Below, in pieces: positions 36,841-46,116 of a DNA stretch of 59,384 nucleotides (its first letter is position 1; each line of letters starts with the position of its first letter). The position numbers and the translations under genes are program-made. The notes below the pieces were generated by a model. That model was not told where the DNA came from, searched no databases, and saw only the letters and a list, made by a program, of their open reading frames with translations. The DNA comes from Candidatus Limnocylindria bacterium (lineage in GTDB: Bacteria > Chloroflexota > Limnocylindria > QHBO01), in contig JBHENJ010000044.1 of NCBI GenBank assembly GCA_046262115.1, forward strand, positions 1 to 59,384, given 5' to 3'.

Positions 36841-37498
36841 CGAGCCGCTAATCCGCTGGGACTGGGTCTTCGACCATCTCGACGACGTCGGGGGGCGCAT
36901 CGCCGAGCATCTGCTGCTCACCGGGCTCGCGGTCACCATCGGCTTTGCGATCTCCCTCGTCGTCGCGTTGCTCGCCTACCGATATCGACGCCTCTACGCG
37001 CCGGTGACGTGGGTGGCCGGAGTTCTCTACACGATCCCCAGCCTCGCCCTGTTCGGGTTTCTCATCCCGTTCACCGGGCTCAGTCTCGTCACCGCGGAGA
37101 TCGCGCTCGTCAGCTACACGCTGCTGATCCTGATCCGCAACATCGTCGCCGGACTCGACGGAGTCCCCGCCGACGTGCGCGACGCGGCGAGCGGGATGGG
37201 ATTCGGGCCGCTGGAGAGCCTGGTCCGGGTCGAGCTGCCACTCGCGCTACCGGTCATCATCGCCGGGCTCCGGATCGCGACCGTGACGACCATCGGCCTG
37301 ACGACCGTGACCGCCCTGATCACCCTGGGCGGGCTGGGGCGCTTCATCGTCGACGGCATCTCCCGAAACTTCCCGACGGCGTCGCTGCTTGGCGCATTCC
37401 TCTCCATCGCGCTCGCGGTGGCGGCCGACCTTGGCTTTTTCGCGCTGGAGCGAGCCACGACGCCGTGGGGGGCGGCGCGCGCAGGGCAGGCGCAGTGA
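36833..37498 (+). CDS. Osmoprotectant ABC permease
   Basis: TIPSLAL, DAA.GMG, VELPLALP and GGLG motifs. Confidence 0.9.
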   Translation: MRDEPLIRWDWVFDHLDDVGGRIAEHLLLTGLAVTIGFAISLVVALLAYRYRRLYAPVTWVAGVLYTIPSLALFGFLIPFTGLSLVTAEIALVSYTLLILIRNIVAGLDGVPADVRDAASGMGFGPLESLVRVELPLALPVIIAGLRIATVTTIGLTTVTALITLGGLGRFIVDGISRNFPTASLLGAFLSIALAVAADLGFFALERATTPWGAARAGQAQ

Positions 37499-38181
37499 TG
37501 GAGTTCCTCGCGGCGGTCGTCGCCTGGTTCGTCGAGCACCGCGAGCTCGCGACGCAGCGCCTGATCGAGCACCTCCTCCTGTCGGCCGGCACGCTGGCGG
37601 TGGCACTGGCGGTTGCGGGGCCGCTCGGCCTCATGCTCGGCCATGCCCGTCGCGGAGCCTTCGTCGCGATCAACGTCGCGAACGTGGGGCGCGCCGTGCC
37701 GAGCCTCGCGCTGATGGCGATCGCCCTCCCGTTCCTCGGCATCCACCTCGGACCCGCGATCGTCGCGCTCATCCTCCTCGCGATCCCTCCCATCCTCACG
37801 AACACCTACGCCGCGGTCGCCCAGGTCGACGCCGATGCTGTCGAGGCGGGCCGCGGGCTCGGCATGCGCGAGGCGCAGATCGTGTGGCGCGTAGAGCTTC
37901 CACTCGCGGCGCCTGTGATCATGGCCGGCGTCCGCATCGCCGCCGTTCAGGTGGTGGCCACCGCGACACTCGCCGCCGTGATCGCGGGCGGCGGCCTCGG
38001 CCGCCTGATCGTCGACGGCATCGCGGTGAGCGACGAGGTGCGTGTCTTCGCCGGAGCATTCGCCGTCGCGTGCATCGCGATCGCCACCGAGCTCGCGTTC
38101 GGCGTCGCCGAGCGCCGGCTCGCGAGACGGGGCGCGACCGCCATGCAGGCCGCTCGCGCCGAGCCGATCCGCACCGCCTGA
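37498..38181 (+). CDS. Osmoprotectant ABC permease
   Basis: PSLAL, PPIL.NT, EAGRGLGM and VELPLA motifs. Confidence 0.9.
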   Translation: MEFLAAVVAWFVEHRELATQRLIEHLLLSAGTLAVALAVAGPLGLMLGHARRGAFVAINVANVGRAVPSLALMAIALPFLGIHLGPAIVALILLAIPPILTNTYAAVAQVDADAVEAGRGLGMREAQIVWRVELPLAAPVIMAGVRIAAVQVVATATLAAVIAGGGLGRLIVDGIAVSDEVRVFAGAFAVACIAIATELAFGVAERRLARRGATAMQAARAEPIRTA

Positions 38182-38303
38182 AGGCGGGCAACCGGCTGCG
38201 AGCGCGACAAGTCGGGGCTTGCTATCGTCGGATAGATCGCCCTCCGCGGTCTCGAACACGTACGGGTCGGAGCGAACGGGCCCCGACACCACAGGAGGTC
38301 TCG

Positions 38304-39227
38304 ATGCGCCAGCTCCGTACCCGTTTCCTGTCAGCCATCGTCGTGCTCTCGCTGGCCCTCTCAGCCTGCACCAGCACCGGGTCGGGTGCGTCGCCCGGAG
38401 GGGACAAGCCGCCCATCACCATCGGCTCCAAGGACTTCACCGAGTCGGTGATCCTCGCCCAGATCTATGGCCAGGTCCTCGAGGACAACGGCTATCCGGT
38501 CGAATACAAGCTACGCGTCGGCGCCACCGAGCTGATCGATCCGGCGCTGACGTCGGGCGACATCGACATGTATCCCGAGTACACCGGCACGACCCTCGTC
38601 AACCTCATGGGCGAGGAGGCGTCGAACGACGCCGAAGCGGTCTACGAGCAGGTCGCCGCGTGGTACGCCGACCGCGGCCAGAGGGCGCTCGACATGACGC
38701 CGGCCAACGACTCCGACGGGCTCGCCGTGACCCAGGCGACCGCCGACGAGTACGGTCTCAAGACGATCTCGGACCTCGCGGCCGTCAGCAGCGAGCTGAC
38801 GCTGGGCGGGCCACCGGAGTGCGCGGAGCGTGAGACGTGCCTGCTCGGGCTCCAGGATCTCTACGGTGCGGCCTTCAAGTCGTTCGAGCCGATCGCGCAG
38901 GGCGGGCTGAAGTACCAGGCGCTGGTCGACGAGGACATCGACGTGGCCGTGGTGTTCACGACCGATGGCGCCATCGCCGCGAACCAGCTGGTGCTGCTCG
39001 ACGACGACAAGGGCCTGTATCCCGCGTACAACATCATCCCGGTGGTACGGAACGACTACCTCGATGCCGCGCCCGACGACTTCGCCGAACTCATCAACGT
39101 GGCAAGCGCAAAGATCACCACCGAGGAGCTCACCGCGCTCAATGCACAGGTCGACCTCGAGCTCCGCGAGCCCGAGGACGTCGCGCACGAATGGCTGCAC
39201 GAGCAGGAGCTGATCGCCCCCGACTGA
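38304..39227 (+). CDS. Glycine betaine/choline-type ABC substrate-binding lipoprotein
   Basis: Lipobox LSAC, IGSKDFTE, YPEYTGT and LDDDK motifs; GGAGG RBS. Confidence 0.92.
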   Translation: MRQLRTRFLSAIVVLSLALSACTSTGSGASPGGDKPPITIGSKDFTESVILAQIYGQVLEDNGYPVEYKLRVGATELIDPALTSGDIDMYPEYTGTTLVNLMGEEASNDAEAVYEQVAAWYADRGQRALDMTPANDSDGLAVTQATADEYGLKTISDLAAVSSELTLGGPPECAERETCLLGLQDLYGAAFKSFEPIAQGGLKYQALVDEDIDVAVVFTTDGAIAANQLVLLDDDKGLYPAYNIIPVVRNDYLDAAPDDFAELINVASAKITTEELTALNAQVDLELREPEDVAHEWLHEQELIAPD

Positions 39228-39261
39228 CGCTGAACCGGTTCACTCAGGGGATCGCGACCAG

Positions 39262-39897
39262 ATGTCCGATCACCTCGAGCTGACCGACTACCGGCGCAGG
39301 GTCTTCGCCATGTACGAGGCCCTGCGGCTGGACACCGGGGACGAGCAGGAGCGGCTGCGTGCGTTCCGGTCCGCGCGAGATCGATTGTTTCGGGAGCACC
39401 CGCAGTCCGCCGTGCCTCCGGCCGAGCGATCGGCGTTCGCCGGCGTCCGCTACTACGCCTACGAGCCGTCGCTGCGTTTCGCGCCGGAACTCGAGGCCGA
39501 CCCCACCGGACCGCCCCTCGAGCTGCCGCGGTCAGCCGGCGGCGGAATGGGGTTTCGTCGGATCGGCTGGGTGCGCTTCGCCGTGGGGGCGGTCGAGCAG
39601 CGGCTCGCGGCGTATTGGACCGAGGGGTACGCCGGCGGCCTGTTCATCCCGTTCCGCGACGCCACCTCGGGGAGCGAGACGTACGGCGGCGGCCGATACG
39701 TCTGGGACTCGATCAAGGGCGCGGATCTCGGCAGCGACGGGACCAGCCTGGTGCTCGACTTCAACTACGCGTATCACCCGTCGTGCGTCTTCGACCCGCG
39801 CTGGAGCTGCCCGCTGGCGCCGATGGAGAACTGGCTGCCGCTGCCACTGCGGGCAGGCGAGCGACTCCCCGAGGGCTGGCAGCCGCATGGCGGCTGA
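39262..39897 (+). CDS. DUF1684-family protein
   Basis: F..HPQS, FRD.TSG.ETYGGGRY, DFN.AY.P.C, CP..P.EN.L and AGE motifs. Confidence 0.85.
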   Translation: MSDHLELTDYRRRVFAMYEALRLDTGDEQERLRAFRSARDRLFREHPQSAVPPAERSAFAGVRYYAYEPSLRFAPELEADPTGPPLELPRSAGGGMGFRRIGWVRFAVGAVEQRLAAYWTEGYAGGLFIPFRDATSGSETYGGGRYVWDSIKGADLGSDGTSLVLDFNYAYHPSCVFDPRWSCPLAPMENWLPLPLRAGERLPEGWQPHGG

Positions 39898-40336
39898 GGG
39901 ACGCACCTGCATCAAGTGCGGTCGCCCGATCGGCGCCGATCAGACCATCTGCGAGATCTGCAACCGAGCGGGAATGCAGACCCCGAGCGCGACGCAGTAC
40001 CACGGGACGATCGTGGTAGCCATCATCGCCGGCGTCGCAGCGCTCGCGATCGCCGCGAGCGTCTCGTTGCGCGGCGTCGGTCCGTTCCACGGCTCCGCGG
40101 TTGCGGTCGGGGAGGCCGCGGGCGGCGGCGTGGAGGTGACCCTCGAAGTCGTGAACGAGGGAAGCCGCGCCGGACGCGCGAGGTGCCAGATCGTGGCGTC
40201 GGACGACTCGGGGCGCCGGCTCGCCAGCCACAGCACCGAGTCACCGGTCGTGGACGGCGGAGAGCGCCTCGTGTTCAGCCAACGCCTGCCGGGAATCGAC
40301 CGCGCGCCAGCGCGCATTCGCGTCGACTGCGAGTGA
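39887..40336 (+). CDS. Zn-ribbon + single TM + beta-sandwich protein
   Basis: CIKCG...CEIC N-terminus, one hydrophobic helix, and a C-terminal 'V.NEG..AG.A.C...C' segment. Confidence 0.65.
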   Translation: MAAEGRTCIKCGRPIGADQTICEICNRAGMQTPSATQYHGTIVVAIIAGVAALAIAASVSLRGVGPFHGSAVAVGEAAGGGVEVTLEVVNEGSRAGRARCQIVASDDSGRRLASHSTESPVVDGGERLVFSQRLPGIDRAPARIRVDCE

Positions 40337-40352
40337 ACGAGCCCTTGCAAGA

Positions 40353-41240
40353 TCAGGCGGCCAGGTCGATCCCCGCTGCTTGACAGTCGGCCGCGAACGA
40401 TTCGAGCGCGTCGTCATCGGTCACCGAAGCCTTCAGCAGGCATTGGACTCTGGACAGCCCGAGCTCGCGGCAACGCTGGAGGTGCTCGACGCGTGCGTTG
40501 CCGCTCGCGGCGATCTGGTCGGCCCAGATGTGGAGCGAGACGGCGAGTGTCGCCGGATCGCGGCCGATCTCCTCGCAGCGCGACGCGATGACGGGCAGGT
40601 TCGCCTCGATCTCGTCGAGCGGCATCGAGTCGAGGTTGAGCTCGTCGGCATGGCGCGCCGCCAACCGCCACGTGACCTCCGGCCCGTTGCCGCCGACCAT
40701 GATCGGCACCCGCGGCTCCTGGAGGCCGCGCGGGAGGTTGATCGCGCCGTCGACGCGCGCATGCTGGCCGTCGTACGTCGCGCGGCCGGGTCCGAGCATC
40801 CGCGTGATCACCTCGAGGTGGTCACTCAGGGCGGCGAGGCGTTCGCGAGTCGGCGGAAACTCGTACCCGTAGGCCAGCCACTCCTCGCGCTTCCAGCCGC
40901 CGCCGATGCCGAGCACCGCGCGGCCTTCGCTCACGACGTCGAGCGTGCTGATCATCTTCGCGGTGAGCGCGGGATTCCGGAATCCGGTGCAGATCACGAT
41001 GTGGCCGACGCGGACCCGGCTCGTCTCGCGCGCCAGCGCGGCCAGGAAGGTAAAGGACTCGAGCGTCATCTCGTCGGTCGGATCGGGCGTGGTGTGGAAG
41101 TGGTCGAATGCCCAGATCGATTCGTATCCCAGGCGCTCCGCGTGCCGCGCGATCTCGACGCTGCGCAGCCACGCGCGCCCCGGCTCCCAGCCCGCGTATT
41201 CGCCTGTCCAGCCCTGCGGCACGATGATTCCGGCCTTCAT
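40353..41240 (-). CDS. LLM-class (luciferase-like, probably F420/flavin-dependent) oxidoreductase
   Basis: W..DHF, RNP...AK...TLD.VS.GR..LG.G.GW...E and P.MVGG.G motifs. Confidence 0.88.
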   Translation of the reverse strand: MKAGIIVPQGWTGEYAGWEPGRAWLRSVEIARHAERLGYESIWAFDHFHTTPDPTDEMTLESFTFLAALARETSRVRVGHIVICTGFRNPALTAKMISTLDVVSEGRAVLGIGGGWKREEWLAYGYEFPPTRERLAALSDHLEVITRMLGPGRATYDGQHARVDGAINLPRGLQEPRVPIMVGGNGPEVTWRLAARHADELNLDSMPLDEIEANLPVIASRCEEIGRDPATLAVSLHIWADQIAASGNARVEHLQRCRELGLSRVQCLLKASVTDDDALESFAADCQAAGIDLAA

Positions 41241-41357
41241 GCGGCTCCCTGTGCGTCGAAGCGCTCGCTCGCATGCACCCCGCGTGCCCGGCCACACGGG
41301 CGGTGCAAAAAAGCGGGGGTATGTACCTCGGCATGCAAACCGCGTATGGTTATGGCA

Positions 41358-42083
41358 ATGGCTTTTCAACGACGCCCGGACCGCCGCGGCCGCGACGGCT
41401 CCTCCCGGCCGGATGACCGGCGTTCGTCATCACCGTTTCGCGGTCGTCGCGAGTGGAGCTCCCCGGACGCGGGCGCCAGCGGCGATCCGGCCGCTCGCCG
41501 TGGGGCGGACGGCCGGCGCGGCGCGCCCCGCCCGCGGCGCGACTCCGACGGTGAGCCCGCGATGACGCTCCGGCTCGACCCCGTCCGCCTTCGCGAGCTC
41601 CAGCGGCAGGCACGCGAGGCCGGCCTGCGACCCGGTCAGCTCGCGCAACGGTGGGTGGAAGAGCGGCTGGGCGACGGATCCGCCGGCGTCGCGGCGCCGG
41701 AAGGGCGGCCCGACCTCTCGCAGGTCAACGCGCGTCTCGACGAGCTTGGCTCCCGACTGGACGAGGTCGCGGAACAGGTGGCGGCCCTCCTCAGCGCGCG
41801 GCAGGGAGCGACCATGCCACCGCGCGACGGTGCCCCTCCGCCCGCCCGTCGCGCTCGCCTCCATGAGGAGATCGTGGCCGTCCTCCACGCGAGTGGCGGC
41901 CCGATGTCGGCCGGCGAGATCGCGCAGGCGATCCGCGAGCGCGGGCAGTTCCGGGCGCCGCGGAGCAACGAGGAGGTCAACGGCGCGATGGTGAGCGGTC
42001 GCGTCTCGAACCCGCACTACCGCGCACTCTTCGTCCGTGAGGGCCGCAAAATCGGGCTCGCCGAGCGACCGTCCGACAGCTGA
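41358..42083 (+). CDS. Putative DNA-binding protein (basic disordered N-terminus, RHH-like, coiled coil, winged helix)
   Basis: 'MTLRLDP...L...A...G......WVEERL', heptad segment 'VNARLDELGSRLDEVAEQV', and 'LHEEIVAVL....PMSAGEIA..I'. Confidence 0.65.
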   Translation: MAFQRRPDRRGRDGSSRPDDRRSSSPFRGRREWSSPDAGASGDPAARRGADGRRGAPRPRRDSDGEPAMTLRLDPVRLRELQRQAREAGLRPGQLAQRWVEERLGDGSAGVAAPEGRPDLSQVNARLDELGSRLDEVAEQVAALLSARQGATMPPRDGAPPPARRARLHEEIVAVLHASGGPMSAGEIAQAIRERGQFRAPRSNEEVNGAMVSGRVSNPHYRALFVREGRKIGLAERPSDS

Positions 42084-42151
42084 CCCGATCGCGGCGCCGC
42101 CCGGTCGGCCGCCGAAGGCGCGTTTGAGCGGCATGGCACCATAGCGGGCCC

Positions 42152-43858
42152 ATGGACACGAACGCGATCCGAACGTCGCTGACCGAGATCGCGCGACTCC
42201 TCGACCGCCGCGCGGAGCGTCTCGCGCAACAGGCCGCGCAAGACGGACCGCGGTGGGAGCGGCTGCGCCAGCTCCGCGAGCACCTCCACGAGTACCTGCT
42301 GCCGCGGGTCAAGAACCTCGACGCGCCGCTGGTTGCGACCATCATCGGCTCGACGGGCTCCGGAAAGTCGAGCCTGATCAACAGTCTCGCCGGGCAGCGG
42401 ATCAGCCCGTCCGGTGTGCTTCGACCGACGACCCGCCAGCCGGTCGTGCTCGCGACCGGTGACGACGCGAAGGACCTCGCCGCCGGCGAGGTGCTGCCGA
42501 GCCTGTTCGCTCGCGGCGAGCTCGAGGTCGTGACGCCGCCGGTTGGCGGTCGCAGCGGCGTCCTGATCATCGACGCGCCGGACGTCGACTCGGTGGAGGC
42601 GCGCAACCGCGCGCTGGCCGTCGAGCTGCTCGACGCGTCCGACCTGTGCATCGTGGTCACGACCGCGGCCCGTTATGCCGACCACGTCCCGTGGCAGGTC
42701 CTCGACCGCGCGCGACAGCGCGGGCTGCCCCTGCTTGCGGTTCTCAACCGCCTGCCGGTGGAGCAACAGGACGCGGCCGAGATCGCCGGCGACTACGAGC
42801 GCATGCTCGCGCGGCAGGGCTTCGACCAGTCCGGAGCGAACGGGGAGCTCGAGGTCGTCCCGATCGTGGAAGGCGCGATTGACACGTCGATCGACGGGAT
42901 TCGGCCGAGCGCCGTGCGCCCCATCGCGGCGGCGGTCGACCGCCTGGCGACGAACAAGCGCAAGCGCCAGGAGCTCGCCCAGCGCGCGCTCGAGGGAGCG
43001 CTGCGCGGGCTCGTATGGCGTACCGAGGCGATCGCGGATGACGTGGAATCCGAGCGTGTGACGTTCGAGCGGCTCTCGGGGCAGGCGCTCGATGCCTACC
43101 GCGACCAGACCGAAGCGCTGCGAACGCGCGTCCAGCAGGGCCGATTCCTGCGTGACGAGGTGGTCCGGCAGTGGCACGAGTTCGTCGGGACCGGCATCGT
43201 GGCGCGCGGCCTCGCGTCCGGGATGGAGCGCCTGACGACGTCTGTACGGACGTGGCTGCGACCACCGCCGCCCGCGCCGGTTGACGAGGTCGAGGAAGGC
43301 GCATTCAGTGATCTGACTGCGGTCGCGATGAGCCACGCCCACGAAGCCGCTCGGCGCACGGCGACGGCCTGGAGCGGCGACCCGGTCGGATCCAGGGCGC
43401 TCGCCGCACACCCGAACCTGTGGGCCAACGACGACGAGTTCGCGGGCGATCTGCGCGGGAACCTCGAGCGCTGGATCGGCGAGATCGGGGCGTTGATCGG
43501 GCAGGAGGGCCATCGACGCCGCGGCTTCGCGCGCGCCGCCTCGCTGAGCGTGAACGTGCTGGGCGTGGGCGTCATGCTCGCCGCGTTCGGGACGACCGGC
43601 GGCCTCACCGGGGCGGAGTTCGGCATCGCCGCGGCGACAGCCGTGCTCAACCAGCGTCTGCTCGAGACGATCTTCGGCGAGGCGACGCTTCGAGCGCTTG
43701 TCAACCGGGCGCGCGACCGGCTGCTCGAGCTGCTCGACGACGCGATGGAGCGCGACCGATCCCGGTTCGACCGCGCGCTGGCACGGTTCGACCCAGAGGC
43801 GGAGCTCGCGCCGCAGCTGCGGACGCTGGCCGGCGAGGTCGCCGCCGCGCTGCGATGA
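42152..43858 (+). CDS. Dynamin-like GTPase A
   Basis: G1 GSTGSGKSS, G2 RPTT, G3 DAPD, G4 NR; helical stalk; hydrophobic hairpin containing 'TGGLTGAE.GIA'. Confidence 0.8.
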   Translation: MDTNAIRTSLTEIARLLDRRAERLAQQAAQDGPRWERLRQLREHLHEYLLPRVKNLDAPLVATIIGSTGSGKSSLINSLAGQRISPSGVLRPTTRQPVVLATGDDAKDLAAGEVLPSLFARGELEVVTPPVGGRSGVLIIDAPDVDSVEARNRALAVELLDASDLCIVVTTAARYADHVPWQVLDRARQRGLPLLAVLNRLPVEQQDAAEIAGDYERMLARQGFDQSGANGELEVVPIVEGAIDTSIDGIRPSAVRPIAAAVDRLATNKRKRQELAQRALEGALRGLVWRTEAIADDVESERVTFERLSGQALDAYRDQTEALRTRVQQGRFLRDEVVRQWHEFVGTGIVARGLASGMERLTTSVRTWLRPPPPAPVDEVEEGAFSDLTAVAMSHAHEAARRTATAWSGDPVGSRALAAHPNLWANDDEFAGDLRGNLERWIGEIGALIGQEGHRRRGFARAASLSVNVLGVGVMLAAFGTTGGLTGAEFGIAAATAVLNQRLLETIFGEATLRALVNRARDRLLELLDDAMERDRSRFDRALARFDPEAELAPQLRTLAGEVAAALR

Positions 43859-45462
43859 AGCTCGACAGCTGCCTCGCGAATCTTCGCGAAGCCGTAGAGG
43901 CGTCGCGCACGCTGGGGCTCGACACCGCGTCGGCGGAGTCGGTCGTCCAGCGCGCGGAGATGCGGCTCGGATTCGCGGGGAGCACGTACGTCCTCGCGCT
44001 CGCAGGGGGTACGGGCGTCGGCAAGTCGACCCTGCTCAACGCGATCGCGGGCCGGATAGTGAGCCCGGTGCGCGCGATCCGTCCGACAACAGGCGAGCCC
44101 GTGGCGTGGGTCTCCAGCGCCCGGCGCCACGAGCTCGCGCCGATGCTCCAGTGGCTTGGTGCGCGGCACGTGGTCGGCCACGCCGTGCAGGAGCTCGCCC
44201 ACGTCGCGATCATCGACCTGCCCGACTTCGACTCCGTGTTCGTCGAGCACCGCGCGACGGTCGAGACGCTGCTCCCGAGAGTCGACGCGCTCGCCTGGAT
44301 CATCGATCCCGAGAAGTACGACGACGCGCGCCTGCACGACGGCTACCTGCGTCCCCTCGCACGTCACTCGGACCGCTTCCTGTTCGTCCTCAACAAGTCG
44401 GATCGGCTCAACGACGGGCAGGTCGAGGAGGTGCGCGCTGACCTGGAACGGCGGCTGGCGGCGGACGGAATCAACGGGCCGCCGATCTTCGTCCTCAGTG
44501 CGCGGGACACGACAGGCGAGTTCCAGGGGCTCCGCGACGCGCTCGCCGCAGCGGCGGATGCGAAGACGGTGATCGCCGACAAGTTGCGGGTCGACGCGCT
44601 GATCGCCGGGCGGCAGCTCGCCATCCAGGCCGGCCTCGACGGGGCGCATGGGGCGCCGCTCGTCGATCCCGAGCGCCGCGCGGCGGCGTTGTCGGCGGCG
44701 AGTGTCGGAGCGTTGGACACCGTGAACGTCACAGAGCTCACACGCCAGGCACAGGCCGCCGTCCGCCAGCGGTCGCGCCGGGTCGGAGCCGGCATCATCG
44801 GTCGCGCCTTCTCGATCTTCAACCGCGCATCGGGCCGCGAGCGCCGCAACGCCGACCCGGCCACGTTCCTCCGTGGCTGGAGGAGCCGCGGCACCCTCGC
44901 GCGTGCGGCGAACCCGATCCGGCAGCTTGCCAGCGAGGTGGCGCTCTCGGCGCCGCCCGGATGGCGGCCGCGGCTGATGGAGCTGTCCGCGGCGGGCCGG
45001 ATCGAGGGCGCCGTGGAGGAGGCGCTCGATCGCGTGGCCGCGGAACACGTGCGCGCCGCCACGCCCCCGCAATCGCCGGTGTGGCCGCTGCTGGGCGGCG
45101 TGCAACTCGTCGCCACCGCGATGTTCCTGCTCGCGATCGTCTGGTTCGTGATGGTTCTGCTGGTGCCGGGGGCGGCGGTCTCGGCGATCACCGTTCCCGT
45201 CTTGGGGGCGGTGCCAGCGCCGCTCGTCCTGCTCGCCGTCGGCGCGATCGGCGGATACGCCGCCTCGCTGAGTGTGTCGACGCACGCCGATCTGGTGGGG
45301 CGCCGGTGGGCCAGACAGATCGCCGAGGACGTGCGGCAGAGCGTCACTCGAGCGGTCGACGAGCACGCCATGCGGCCGATCGACGAGCTCGACGAGGTCC
45401 GCGGCGAACTGCGGACGGCGCTTCAGCGGCTCACCATCACCTGCGGCGAAGACGATGAATGA
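43855..45462 (+). CDS. Dynamin-like GTPase B
   Basis: G1 GGTGVGKST, RPTT, DLPD, DPEKY.D, NKSD, SAR; two C-terminal TM helices; ATGA overlap with gene A. Confidence 0.8.
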   Translation: MKLDSCLANLREAVEASRTLGLDTASAESVVQRAEMRLGFAGSTYVLALAGGTGVGKSTLLNAIAGRIVSPVRAIRPTTGEPVAWVSSARRHELAPMLQWLGARHVVGHAVQELAHVAIIDLPDFDSVFVEHRATVETLLPRVDALAWIIDPEKYDDARLHDGYLRPLARHSDRFLFVLNKSDRLNDGQVEEVRADLERRLAADGINGPPIFVLSARDTTGEFQGLRDALAAAADAKTVIADKLRVDALIAGRQLAIQAGLDGAHGAPLVDPERRAAALSAASVGALDTVNVTELTRQAQAAVRQRSRRVGAGIIGRAFSIFNRASGRERRNADPATFLRGWRSRGTLARAANPIRQLASEVALSAPPGWRPRLMELSAAGRIEGAVEEALDRVAAEHVRAATPPQSPVWPLLGGVQLVATAMFLLAIVWFVMVLLVPGAAVSAITVPVLGAVPAPLVLLAVGAIGGYAASLSVSTHADLVGRRWARQIAEDVRQSVTRAVDEHAMRPIDELDEVRGELRTALQRLTITCGEDDE

Positions 45463-45585
45463 GCCCGGCGACGATCATTGACTCAGCACCATGACGCCTG
45501 CTTTACTCGGCGACGCGTGCAGGAAGGCGGTTCTGGCTCGAGCGCGGCTCGAGCGGCTCCTGCAGCCGATGGGAGGGTCCTCTCC

Positions 45586-45792
45586 ATGGCGGATGGCACG
45601 ATCAAGAGGATCGTCCTGGACCGCGGTTTCGGGTTTCTCGAGGGCGACGACGGCAAAGAGTACTTTTTCCATATGTCCGGCCTGGCTGAGGGCCTGAGGA
45701 TCGAGTCGCTCCGCGAGGGGCAGAAGGTGTCGTACGACACCGAACGCTCGCCGCGCGGGCCGCGCGCAACACGGGTGGCCGTCGCCGAGTGA
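45586..45792 (+). CDS. csp: Cold-shock domain protein
   Basis: RGFGFL (RNP1), FFH.S (RNP2), L.EGQ.V and GP.A..V motifs. Confidence 0.93.
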   Translation: MADGTIKRIVLDRGFGFLEGDDGKEYFFHMSGLAEGLRIESLREGQKVSYDTERSPRGPRATRVAVAE

Positions 45793-45793
45793 C

Positions 45794-45817
45794 GAGTGCC
45801 GGCACCGGCCGGCACTC
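45794..45817. terminator. Hairpin between the convergent csp and dodecin genes
   Basis: GAGTGCCGGC-ACCG-GCCGGCACTC, a perfect 10-bp stem. Confidence 0.7.
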
Positions 45818-45822
45818 AGGCT

Positions 45823-46026
45823 TCAGCTATCGAGGACGAAGGTCACCAGCAGGTTGACCTGGTACTCGGCGATCTGGTTGTTCTCGATCGAGACGCGCTG
45901 CTCCTTCACCCAGGCGCTGCGCACGTTGCGCAGGGTCTTGGTCGCTCGATCGATGCCCTGCTGAATCGCGTCTTCGAAGCCCTTGTTCGAGCTCACGCTG
46001 AGCTCGGTGACCCTGGCAACCGACAT
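45823..46026 (-). CDS. Dodecin-family protein
   Basis: 67 aa, 'S...FEDAI..GI.RA.KTLRNV...WV.E...I.EY.V....F.L'; strong GGAGGAGG RBS. Confidence 0.92.
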   Translation of the reverse strand: MSVARVTELSVSSNKGFEDAIQQGIDRATKTLRNVRSAWVKEQRVSIENNQIAEYQVNLLVTFVLDS

Positions 46027-46116
46027 CGGTCCTCCTCCTCGTGCGGGCGTGCGTCAGTGGGGCGCGTGCGTGGCGCCCTAGCCTCGGAGTGGAGCAGGCG
46101 CCGTGCCGGAGACGGG

